In this document: one piece after another, positions 10,494-19,753 of the stretch
Position numbering within the stretch: the stretch's first letter is position 1
Layout of the letters: every line of letters begins with the position of its first letter
From: Halarcobacter sp.
Lineage (GTDB): Bacteria > Campylobacterota > Campylobacteria > Campylobacterales > Arcobacteraceae
Assembly (NCBI GenBank): GCA_048571215.1
Contig: CP182352.1
Location: 2,336,001 to 2,400,000, forward strand
Direction of reading: 5' to 3'
Length of the DNA stretch: 64,000 nucleotides
Program-made: the position numbers and the translations under genes
The notes under the pieces: generated by a model
Databases searched by the model: none
Told to the model about the DNA's origin: nothing
The model's input: the letters and a program-made list of their open reading frames with translations, nothing else

Positions 10494-11729
10494 TTAATTG
10501 TAAACATCTGATTTAAAACTTTTTAGTTTTAAACCAAAAGGGATAACTTTTATAATCTCCCCCTCTTTAACAAAATCTTTATCATCTAAAGTTATCATTG
10601 CACAATTACTTTCGATAATTGGCATCAACATCCCTGAACCATATTTATTATTTCTTGTTACATTAAACTCCCCATTTATTAGATTTCCTAAAACTACATT
10701 TGCTCTTTTTGGTCTAACTTTATACTCTTTGACATTTTTAGCATAAATGAAATCATGATAAAACTCACTACTCCCACTTATTTTATAAATAATTGGAAGG
10801 GCTAAAAGATAAGTATTAACCAAAGCTGTAAGTGGATTTCCAGGCATAGCCATAACAAATGTTTTATCCATCTTACCCATCATTGTTGGACGACCAGGTT
10901 TTACTTTTACCCCATGAAATTCAACTTCTAAACCATTTTCAATAAAAGCTTGTGCTATAAAATCTGCATCTCCCATAGAGATACCACCTGTAGTTATAAC
11001 AAGATCATAAGATTTTAAATTTGCAATGAATTCGATTGATTTTTCTAAGCTATCAGGAACAACTCCCACATAGGTTGCATCAAAATAATGCTCCTTTAAC
11101 ATAGAGATTATTGCATATGAGTTTGAGTTATAGATTTGATCCTCATTAGCACTTTCCCAAGGCTCTTTTAGCTCATTTCCAGTTGATAAAACAGCAATAC
11201 TTGGTTTTGAAAAAACTTCAATCATTGTGATACCTTGAGCTGCTAAAATTGCAACCATAGAAGAGTTTATTCTATCCCCTTTATTAAAGATTATTTCACC
11301 ATCTTTTTTCTCTTCACCCTTAGGTCTAAAATGGTTTCCTTTTTTTATATCATTTGGGAACTCAACATACTCTTCATCAAAACTAACAGTATCTTCAATA
11401 GGAACAATAGTATCCGCACCATTTGGAACTTTTGCCCCTGTCATAATTTTTACACACTCTCCATCTTCTACAACTCCAACATCACCCTCACCTGCAAATA
11501 CAACTCTTTTTACTTTTAATTTTTTTCCTGCATCACTTGCTTTAAAGGCAAATCCATCCATAGCTGAGTTATCAAAAGATGGAAGATTTTTTTTACATAT
11601 AATATCTTGTGAAAATACTCTTCCAATTGCATTTTCAATATTTATAAATTCAGTTCTTTTTATTACATTTGCAGCTTCCAAACCTATATTTACTGCACTT
11701 TTATAATCTAAATATGTAAGTTGTTTCAT
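10494..11729 (-). CDS. moeA: Molybdopterin molybdo/tungsto-transferase
   Basis: PSFDNSAMDG, IMTGA, STGNE, TTGGISMG, KPGRP, MPGNP. Confidence 0.95.
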   Translation of the reverse strand: MKQLTYLDYKSAVNIGLEAANVIKRTEFINIENAIGRVFSQDIICKKNLPSFDNSAMDGFAFKASDAGKKLKVKRVVFAGEGDVGVVEDGECVKIMTGAKVPNGADTIVPIEDTVSFDEEYVEFPNDIKKGNHFRPKGEEKKDGEIIFNKGDRINSSMVAILAAQGITMIEVFSKPSIAVLSTGNELKEPWESANEDQIYNSNSYAIISMLKEHYFDATYVGVVPDSLEKSIEFIANLKSYDLVITTGGISMGDADFIAQAFIENGLEVEFHGVKVKPGRPTMMGKMDKTFVMAMPGNPLTALVNTYLLALPIIYKISGSSEFYHDFIYAKNVKEYKVRPKRANVVLGNLINGEFNVTRNNKYGSGMLMPIIESNCAMITLDDKDFVKEGEIIKVIPFGLKLKSFKSDVYN

Positions 11730-12697
11730 CCTAAAACCTTTATCTGTCTATATTTTTTATTGATTTTTTTTACTACATTTTTAATTGTTTCATCATCTAA
11801 TTCTTCACTAAAATCCAAACTAAGTCCCCATCTAGCTTCATTCTCTTTATATCCCATCTCTTGCAATACTCTAGAGGGTTTTAAAAGCCCTAAAGAGCAC
11901 CCCTCACCATTACTTAAAAAGATATTTTCTAAAGCTAGAGTTCTTATAATCTCTCTCATTTTTATACCTTTTAATCCTATATGTAAGGTATATTCTAAAG
12001 TTTTATTTTCATCTACGAATAGATATAAATCATCTTTAAATTGTTTTTTAAACTCATCTAAAAACTTATACTTTAAATCTAAATTAATACTTTGATTATT
12101 TAAAGCTTTTAAGCTTAGGTCCAAAGCTAAAAGATTGATTTGAGAGATTGACTGTTCTTCAAACTCATCTTCATATATAACAACACCCATACCACCTAAG
12201 CCACAAAGTTTATACGAATCTAAAAGATAAATATCACTATGTAAACTCATATTTGCACTTGCATTTGATATTAATTTTGCTTTTGTTTTCTCTTTGATTG
12301 ATTTTATATCCACCTTTATATAGGTATCTATAATATATGAAGAGATAAAAATAAAATCATATTTATCCAAATCTTTTTCTTCTAAAGTTCCATCTTTATT
12401 TATATTGATAAAACTAATATCCAAACCAAACTCTTTTGCCATAAGTCCTGCTTGAACTATATATTCACTTTCACCTAAACTAATAGCAATCTTCCCTTTT
12501 AGTTTTCTTATTAGAGCAAATAAACCCTCCTTTGAAAAGGAGATATTTTTTACCTTATTTAAAGAAAATTTTGTTTTATACTCACCCAAAAGTGAGTCAT
12601 ATATACTATTAACACTTAAAGGTTCTAAGGCATATTTTGAAACTTCAATTTTTTTTATTAAAGGATTAAATTGCAAACAATTAAACTTCATTTTCAT
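11726..12697 (-). CDS. Divergent cysteine desulfurase / class-V PLP enzyme-like protein
   Basis: DSYKLCG (PLP-Lys-like) and SNGEGCS (resembles the SGSAC catalytic loop); shortened N-terminus. Confidence 0.65.
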   Translation of the reverse strand: MKMKFNCLQFNPLIKKIEVSKYALEPLSVNSIYDSLLGEYKTKFSLNKVKNISFSKEGLFALIRKLKGKIAISLGESEYIVQAGLMAKEFGLDISFININKDGTLEEKDLDKYDFIFISSYIIDTYIKVDIKSIKEKTKAKLISNASANMSLHSDIYLLDSYKLCGLGGMGVVIYEDEFEEQSISQINLLALDLSLKALNNQSINLDLKYKFLDEFKKQFKDDLYLFVDENKTLEYTLHIGLKGIKMREIIRTLALENIFLSNGEGCSLGLLKPSRVLQEMGYKENEARWGLSLDFSEELDDETIKNVVKKINKKYRQIKVLG

Positions 12698-13058
12698 CTT
12701 TTTTTACTTCATTTAATAACATTTGACCATCTTTTATAAAAAGCTCATCAAATCTTTTTTTTGCAAATTGATTAATATCGTGTTGTAGTATTTTATATGC
12801 TTGGATTAGTTCTCGTGCCTTTGGTGTTAATTGTGTTCCACCATTACTTCCTTTATTAACCAACACTAAATCATCTGCAACATTTTCTTGTAAAATTTTT
12901 ATATGATTCCAAGCTTTTTTATAATTCATACCAACTTTTTCTGCCGCGTCTTTTATTGAACCTGTTTGGTCTATATACTCTAAGACTTCTGTTTTTCCAC
13001 CGCCAAAAATAAGATTTCTTAAATCATCTTCAATCCAAATTTTTACTTTTGCTTCCAT
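12681..13058 (-). CDS. modE: ModE-family winged-helix DNA-binding domain (no Mop domain)
   Basis: IFGGGKTEVLEYIDQTGSIKDAAEKVGMNYKKAW and GGTQLT match the ModE N-terminal HTH. Confidence 0.85.
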   Translation of the reverse strand: MEAKVKIWIEDDLRNLIFGGGKTEVLEYIDQTGSIKDAAEKVGMNYKKAWNHIKILQENVADDLVLVNKGSNGGTQLTPKARELIQAYKILQHDINQFAKKRFDELFIKDGQMLLNEVKKDENEV

Positions 13059-13444
13059 TTTTTTCTCCCTTCTTCAAAACAACCAAGCTGACAATAAGTT
13101 ACAAATAAATCAGTTTGATTTACCGTTGATCTAACTTTTTTCATACTACTTAGTTTTGCTTCTTCCCAGAGTTTAATACACTCAACTTTTTTATTATCAT
13201 CCCCATAAGATACAATTTTTTTATAAAGCTCTTTATCAACTTCACCTAACTCTTTATCCCCAAAAACTCCCAACTCACATTGACCAATTTTTATCTTTAA
13301 CTCATCTGTGATTTTTAACATACTTTTTGGGTCTATTTTTAATGATTTTGCTATTTGTAAAGCTTTGATACAAGGTAACTTTCCTTTTTCATTTACATTT
13401 TCTAAAATCATACTTTTTTCATGTTGCATTAAATTATTTTTCAT
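13043..13444 (-). CDS. Small protein with two Cys-containing internal repeats, ModE-associated
   Basis: CIKA...CELGVF and CIKL...CQLGCF repeats; overlaps fdhD and modE. Confidence 0.75.
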   Translation of the reverse strand: MKNNLMQHEKSMILENVNEKGKLPCIKALQIAKSLKIDPKSMLKITDELKIKIGQCELGVFGDKELGEVDKELYKKIVSYGDDNKKVECIKLWEEAKLSSMKKVRSTVNQTDLFVTYCQLGCFEEGRKKWKQK

Positions 13445-14225
13445 TTATTCTTCCTTGATGAGTATAAATATTCATCTTTTTACCCCTTGCAAATCCAATT
13501 AATGTTAAGCCATGATTATGTGCTGTTTGTACTCCAAGAAAGGTTGGTGCTGTTCTTGATACAATTATAGGAACTCTATGCATAACAGCTTTTACAACCA
13601 TTTCAGAACTTAGACGACCTGATACAAAAAGTACTGACTTTGTTGTATCTAAGCCTTGTAATTTACATTTTCCAACTACCTTATCAATAGCATTGTGTCT
13701 ACCTATATCTTCAGAGGTTATAGTAGTTCCATCTTCTAAATAAATCATTGCTTTATGAACACAACCTGTTAAGGTATAAAGTTCACTTTGGTCATAAAAT
13801 TTTTTTACTTCTTTACTTATTATTTCTGGTCTAATCACAAAACTTGTTTGGTTAAATGGAACTTCTACGCTTCCTGAAATATTTCCTGTAACTCCACCAC
13901 CACAACCACTTACAAGTGTTTTTTCTTTATATAGATTTTCTAAAGAGTCTTCATCAACTGCTGCTTTAATATCAACTCTTAATCCATCTTCACTTAATAT
14001 AATCTCTTCTACATCATCAAGAGATGATATTATATTTTCACTCATCAAAAAACCTAAAGCATGAGCTTCTTGATCTAAAGGGATACACATCATAGAGATT
14101 GCCTTATTCCCATTTAGATATACATTTAATCTAGCCTCTTCAATTGTTACATCTTCAACCTCAACAATCTCATCACCTAGAACTTTATCAATAATCACTT
14201 TTCTTAAATACTTTGTATTGTCCAT
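13434..14225 (-). CDS. fdhD: Formate dehydrogenase sulfurtransferase FdhD
   Basis: SGCG, TGCVH, EDIGRHNAIDK, SGRLSSEMV, APT. Confidence 0.95.
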   Translation of the reverse strand: MDNTKYLRKVIIDKVLGDEIVEVEDVTIEEARLNVYLNGNKAISMMCIPLDQEAHALGFLMSENIISSLDDVEEIILSEDGLRVDIKAAVDEDSLENLYKEKTLVSGCGGGVTGNISGSVEVPFNQTSFVIRPEIISKEVKKFYDQSELYTLTGCVHKAMIYLEDGTTITSEDIGRHNAIDKVVGKCKLQGLDTTKSVLFVSGRLSSEMVVKAVMHRVPIIVSRTAPTFLGVQTAHNHGLTLIGFARGKKMNIYTHQGRINEK

Positions 14226-14239
14226 TTTCCCTCTAATTC

Positions 14240-14262
14240 AAATATGCAAATTTTGCATATTT
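14240..14262. promoter_or_regulatory. Perfect palindrome, operator candidate upstream of fdhD
   Basis: aaatatgcaaa-t-tttgcatattt, about 15 bp upstream of the fdhD ATG. Confidence 0.5.
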
Positions 14263-14270
14263 AAAAATAT

Positions 14271-14298
14271 AAAAAAATTGCCTCCAAAAAGGAGACAA
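14271..14298 (-). terminator. Rho-independent terminator after fdhC
   Basis: Minus strand TTGTCTCC-TTTTT-GGAGGCAA followed by T7. Confidence 0.65.
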
Positions 14299-14301
14299 GT
14301 T

Positions 14302-15201
14302 TTATATTTCATTTTTCTTTTTTAATTTTTTATAAAAAGAACTGTGCAGGATTTCAACCTCTTCTTCCTCTTTATAACCAGTTATCATTGAATGTATTGC
14401 ACCTTTTATGGCAAATACTGACATATATATATGTGTTAAAAACAAGGCTAATACCGCCATACCTAAAACATTATGTACTATTGCACTTGCTCTTAAAAAG
14501 TCAATTTGTGAGATACCATTTGAGGCCAATATTTCAAGTTTAAAATCTTGAAAATACATAGCTGCACCAGTAGCAATCATCACAAAACCACCTAAGGTAG
14601 CTAACCAAAACCAAGTTTTTTGTCCTGCATTAAATTTACCTGCTGGAACTGGTTGTTTACTTTTATTTAAATATCCACCAACAATCATTAACCACTTTAT
14701 ATCATCCCAATGAAGGAACATCCATCTAGCCCACATAGTAAACATAGGAAATACACTAATTACAAATAAAAGTGTAGATACTGCATGAATCTCTTTACAA
14801 GCTCTAACAAACTCTCCACCACCAAATGTAGAACCAAACATCATCACTAAACCTGTTGGTACAAGTAAAATAAAAGCTATTGCAGCTATTGAATGGATGA
14901 TTCTATTAAACAGTGTAAAAACATAAATCTTTTTTCTATCATGGGAAAAAATCATTGGTCCAATTATTAGATAATGGATAAGAAAAACTGCCGGTACCCC
15001 TAAAAGTACTCCTAAAAATATAGGTTTAAAGTAAGTACTTTGTAAAAGTGTAAAGTAGTATCCTAAATGTAAAGAACCCTCTTTATCATAACCTGCTATA
15101 TTCGGTATCAAATCCTTACCAAAAATTGCACTATCAGCATTAGCACCAAAGGCTAATGTTGATAGAATCAATAAAGTAAGAATTGCATATTTAGTTTTCA
15201 T
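14302..15201 (-). CDS. fdhC: Formate dehydrogenase gamma subunit (cytochrome b)
   Basis: Heme-ligating His residues (RIIHS, EIHA, IVHN, THIY), AGKFNAGQK, SMITG. Confidence 0.93.
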   Translation of the reverse strand: MKTKYAILTLLILSTLAFGANADSAIFGKDLIPNIAGYDKEGSLHLGYYFTLLQSTYFKPIFLGVLLGVPAVFLIHYLIIGPMIFSHDRKKIYVFTLFNRIIHSIAAIAFILLVPTGLVMMFGSTFGGGEFVRACKEIHAVSTLLFVISVFPMFTMWARWMFLHWDDIKWLMIVGGYLNKSKQPVPAGKFNAGQKTWFWLATLGGFVMIATGAAMYFQDFKLEILASNGISQIDFLRASAIVHNVLGMAVLALFLTHIYMSVFAIKGAIHSMITGYKEEEEVEILHSSFYKKLKKKNEI

Positions 15202-15210
15202 ATCAATACC

Positions 15211-15822
15211 TTATTTATTTCCATACGCTGTACTCCAACCATATGGTTGGGTTTTTGGTCCATGGCCTGCTGATAAAACTCTTTGTCTATATATATTTGA
15301 TATCTCCATAGAATCACCAACAAGTAAAGCTTTTGTTGAACACATTGCTGCACAAGCAGGAACTTTTCCTTCAGCAATTCTATTTTGACCATATAGTTCT
15401 CTTTCATGTTCACTATTAGTTTCTAATGGACCACCTGCACACATAGTACATTTATCCATTGCACCTTTAGTACCAAATGCTCCATCTTGTGGAAATTGTG
15501 GCGCTCCAAAGGGACAAGCATATAAACAATATCCACAACCAATACATTTATCTTTGTCGTGAAGAACAATCCCATCTTCTCTAATATAAAAACAATCTAC
15601 TGGACAAACTTTTTCACAAGGTGCATCTGTACAATGCATACAAGCAATTGACAATGAATATTCTAGATTTTGAATACCTTCATTCATTGTAATAACTTTT
15701 CTTCTATTTATACCAGCTGGTAATTCATGTGCTTCTGCACAAGCAACAGAACATCCGTCACAAGAGATACATCTATTTTCATCACAATAAAATTTTAGTC
15801 TAGCATTTTCACTATTACTCAT
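15211..15822 (-). CDS. fdhB: Formate dehydrogenase Fe-S subunit
   Basis: Four 4Fe-4S Cys sets (CISCDGCSVAC, CMHCTDAPCEKVCP, CIGCGYCLYACP, CTMC...CAAMC). Confidence 0.95.
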   Translation of the reverse strand: MSNSENARLKFYCDENRCISCDGCSVACAEAHELPAGINRRKVITMNEGIQNLEYSLSIACMHCTDAPCEKVCPVDCFYIREDGIVLHDKDKCIGCGYCLYACPFGAPQFPQDGAFGTKGAMDKCTMCAGGPLETNSEHERELYGQNRIAEGKVPACAAMCSTKALLVGDSMEISNIYRQRVLSAGHGPKTQPYGWSTAYGNK

Positions 15823-15832
15823 CTTTGACCCC

Positions 15833-18664
15833 TTACGCTAGTTCTACTCGGCATAATCCACCTTTAGTCTCAGGAATCTGAGTAATGATGTCATAACCAT
15901 AGTTTGTTACTGTATTTGCACTTTCACCTACTGCATAAGGTTTAGTTCCCTTAGGATATTTGTGCGATAAATCTTCACCTTGAAAAACACCTGCAAAATG
16001 GAATGGTAAGAAGATTCTATCTTCACTTACACTATGAGAATATTTTGCTTTAACTTTAATTCTAGTTCCCTCAGGAGAATAAATCCACATCATAGCACCA
16101 TCTCTAATACCATGTTTTCCTGCAAGATCTGGATTGATATTACAAAACATCTCAGGAGTTAAAGCAGCTAAATATTTACTTGCTCTATTTTCCATACCAG
16201 CACCATTTAAGTTTACAAGTCTTCCTGTTACTAAATTTATAGGAAAATCTTTTGACCAATCTTTTTCATTTTGTTTAGTTTTATATAAAGTATCAACTCT
16301 ATAGTGATTCCCTTTATCTTCATAACTTGGATATTCTTTAACTAAATCTTCTCTTGGAGAATGAAGTGGTTCTCTATGCATTGGTATTTGATCAGGGAAT
16401 GTCCATACTTTTGCTCGAGCTCTTGCATTTCCATAAGGAGCTATCCCTTTTTCCATACATTTTTCAGCAATTATATTAGATGTATCAACTTTCCAGTTTT
16501 TACCAATTCTTTTCTTTTCATCTTCTGTCAAAGTTATTCCAAGAACTGCTTCAATATTGTCTCTTGTAATTTCAGGATATCCATCTTTATTTGATGAATT
16601 TTTAGGAGCACTTCCCTCTCCTGCTAATAAAGAAACCCCATCATGTTCTAAACCAAATCTATTTCTAAATCCCATTCCACCATCTTCAACACTTCTATTA
16701 ATATTGTAAAGAATTGGCGAACCACCATGTGTTTCTGTCCATACAGGCCAAGGTAAACCATAATATTCACCTTTCATTTCACCATAACCTCTTCCAGAGA
16801 TTTGATCAAACATATGCCAATTTTGAGTATGCTTTTTAATTCTTTTTGCAGTCCAACCAGTAAGACCAATAGTCTTAATAATTCTTGCAATCTCATCAGT
16901 TGCATCTTCTGGCCAAGTAAAATCTTTTTTGTTTTCTTTTATTTTCATTCCAGCTGTAAACTGTTCATAAAAACCTAATCTTTTAGCTAGTTCAAACATA
17001 ATTTCATGGTCAGTTTTTGATTCATACATTGGCTCAACTACTTTAGTTCTCCATTGTACTGATCTATTTGTTGCAGTAACAGAACCACTAGTCTCAAACT
17101 GAGTTGCAGCTGGTAAAATAAATACATCATCTTGTTTATCAGTTAAAATTGCAGCTTCATTTACAAATGGATCACAAAGAACTAACATCTCTAAATTGTC
17201 AAGTCCCTCTTTTACCTTTGCTTGTTGTGCAATAGAAGTAACACCATTACCCATTACAAAAAGAGCTTTTAGGTTTGTTCCTGCATTATCAATTTTGTCA
17301 TTTCCATTTTTACCATCAAGAACACCTGCCCACCAACGTGCTAAGGTGAAACCTTTTTTACCCATCCATGATGGATCTTTAAATCTTCCTTGTAGCCAGT
17401 TGAAGTCTACACCCCATGATTTTGCAAAATATTTCCATGAACCTTCAGATAATCCATAATAACCTGGTAAAGTATGTGATAAACAGCACATATCTGTAGC
17501 ACCTTGTACATTATCATGACCTCTTAAGATGTTTGTTCCACCACCTTCTTCACCCATGTTTCCAAGTGATAATTGTAAGATTGGCGCAAGTCTTGTATTA
17601 GATGAACCGATTGTATGTTGAGTTAAACCCATAGCCCAAATAAGAGTACCTGGAGTAGATTTAGCATAAAGTTTTGTTATTTGAATTAATTGTTCAGCTG
17701 GTACACCTGTAATATCTGCAACTTTTTCAGGATTCCATTTTTTAGCTTCTTGCTTAATATCTTCCATACCATAAACTCTGTCATTGATAAAACTTTCATT
17801 ATGCCAATTATTTTTAAAAATCAGATGTAACATTCCATACATAAATGGAATATCAGTTCCTGGTCTTATTCTGCAATAATGATCCGCCTTAGCAGCAGTT
17901 TTAGTATATACTGGATCTACAACAATAATTTTTGCGTTATTTCTCTCTTTAGCTTTTAAAAAATGTCCAAAACCAACTGGATGATTTACAGCAGGATTTG
18001 CACCAAATATAATAATTGCTTTCGCATTTTGGATATCTCCAAGTGAGTTGGTCATAGCACCGTAACCCCATGTATTCGCCACACCGGCGACTGTAGCACT
18101 ATGTCAAATTCTAGCTTGGTGATCTATATTATTAGTTCCATACATTGCTGCAAACTTTCTAAAATAATAAGCTTGCTCTGTACTCATTTTTGCTGATCCT
18201 AAAAACATTGCAGAATCAGGTCCAGATGTATTATGCATATTTGCCAACTTAGTTGCGATTCTATCTAAAGCATCGTCCCAAGATAATCTTTTCCATTTTC
18301 CACCCTCTTTTACCATTGGATGTTTAAGTCTAACCTCAGACCTAACCATATCAATCATATCAGCACCTTTACAACAATGACCACCAAGTGAAATTGGATG
18401 ATCTTGTGCAACCTCTTGTCTTACCCAGACACCATTTTGAACCTCAGCAATAATACCACATCCAACAGAACATGCAGTACAGATAGTTTTAACATTTTTA
18501 GAACCAGGAAAAGGGTTTTTTATCTCTTCCTTAGTAGCAGGTCGTGTTACACCATCATTTGCCAAAGCACTTGTTACACCAGTAGCAGCAGCGACAGCAG
18601 CCATTTTTAAAAATGATCTTCTACCCACCTTTGCTTTGAGTGTCTCATATGCACTTTTTGACAT
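15833..18664 (-). CDS. fdhA: Formate dehydrogenase alpha subunit, selenocysteine-containing (943 aa; UGA=Sec at 18104-18106)
   Basis: ORFs 18104-18664 and 15833-18082 are in frame across a TGA: DHQARI-U-HSATVAGVANTWGYGAMTN; Tat signal RRSFLK; CTACSVGC; RGHDNVQG; sel genes in the window. Confidence 0.96.
18076..18090 (-). promoter_or_regulatory. SECIS hairpin of fdhA
   Basis: TCGCC-GGTGT-GGCGA stem-loop starting 13 nt 3' of the UGA. Confidence 0.7.
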
Positions 18665-18682
18665 ATAACTACCCCTTTAATT

Positions 18683-18889
18683 TTATAAAGCTTGTTTGTA
18701 AAACTCTTCCCAAGCTTTAGTTTTTTTGTAAAGAATCTCTTTTTTATTTGATTTCCCCACAACAACTCCATTTGAATCCACTTCTAAAGAAGTAGAACTG
18801 TTAGCAGCAGCTAACGCAGTGGCACCTACAGCAGTAGCACCAACAACTATTGCAGTTTTCTTAGCAAAATCTCTTCTACTTTTTTGCAT
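18683..18889 (-). CDS. Small twin-arginine-motif FDH accessory protein
   Basis: MQKSRRDFAKK...; AGGAG RBS before ATG at 18889; immediately upstream of fdhA. Confidence 0.8.
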   Translation of the reverse strand: MQKSRRDFAKKTAIVVGATAVGATALAAANSSTSLEVDSNGVVVGKSNKKEILYKKTKAWEEFYKQAL

Positions 18890-18922
18890 AGTTGTCTCCT
18901 TTTTTGTGATTAGCCCCATAAA

Positions 18923-18965
18923 TGAGACTTAAATAAAACAAAAGTATTGTCTTATTTAAGTCTCA
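18923..18965. repeat. Long intergenic inverted repeat between the chaperone gene and the fdh structural genes
   Basis: tgagacttaaataa...ttatttaagtctca (14-bp perfect arms plus inner acaa/ttgt). Confidence 0.7.
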
Positions 18966-18976
18966 ATAAATAAAAC

Positions 18977-19753
18977 CTAAATATCATCCTCCACATCATA
19001 TGCTATATGTACAGGGCAAGATTCATCTTCTTTGTTTTTTGGACCATTAGCTTTCATAGCTTTATTTCTAGCTCTTCTTGCTAATTCTTCTTCTGATATA
19101 TTTTCTACTTCTTTTTTAGGTGAACTTTTTGTAACTATTGTAGGTTTTGAAACCTCTAAATAAACTCTTTCAAACTCTATAAAAGCATTTAAAATCACAA
19201 TTACATTTTTAAAAATATTTGCACTCTCATGTTCATAAACCTCTTTTGAGAACTCATCTACAAATTCATTTAAAATTTGGGCAAAAATACAATGAACAGT
19301 ATCTGAATATTGTACTTCCCCTTGGGCTTGTAAATTAGTCAATTCACTTAAAACTGAAAAAATAAACCCAATATGGTCTTCATAATCAGAATATTTTTTT
19401 TCATCTCTTCTAATTTTAGTTTTGGCTAAAAAGTTTTGCATCTCAACTCTTTTTTTACCACTTTCTATATTCTCATCATAATATGAAGCTGTAGTTCTAA
19501 CTGTCCTAGTCTCAGGTGAGTGGAAAATATCATCAAACTCATTCATTAAAGCTATATTAGAATCACTTTTTACAAGCTCTTTTATATCTTCAAAGGCTTG
19601 TTTACTTGTAGAATCAAGAGGGTTTTCTTTTAAAATATCAATTAAATTAACTAGTTCTAAATATCTTTTATTATCTGTAGTAAAAACAAAGAATCTTGAA
19701 AAAAGACTGTAATATAAAGCTCTAGCTTTATTTATTTTTACATCATTCATCAT
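18977..19753 (-). CDS. TorD/DmsD-family molybdoenzyme chaperone
   Basis: ASYYDE and EDHIG motifs; upstream of fdhA. Confidence 0.85.
   Translation of the reverse strand: MMNDVKINKARALYYSLFSRFFVFTTDNKRYLELVNLIDILKENPLDSTSKQAFEDIKELVKSDSNIALMNEFDDIFHSPETRTVRTTASYYDENIESGKKRVEMQNFLAKTKIRRDEKKYSDYEDHIGFIFSVLSELTNLQAQGEVQYSDTVHCIFAQILNEFVDEFSKEVYEHESANIFKNVIVILNAFIEFERVYLEVSKPTIVTKSSPKKEVENISEEELARRARNKAMKANGPKNKEDESCPVHIAYDVEDDI

Noticed and set aside
15198..15413. 71-aa ORF overlapping fdhB
   Set aside because: Alternative frame inside a well-supported gene.
18104..18106. fdhA (and selD at 27519) as nonsense pseudogenes
   Set aside because: Both UGAs fall at catalytic Cys/Sec positions with downstream hairpins, and selA, selB, selC and selD are present.
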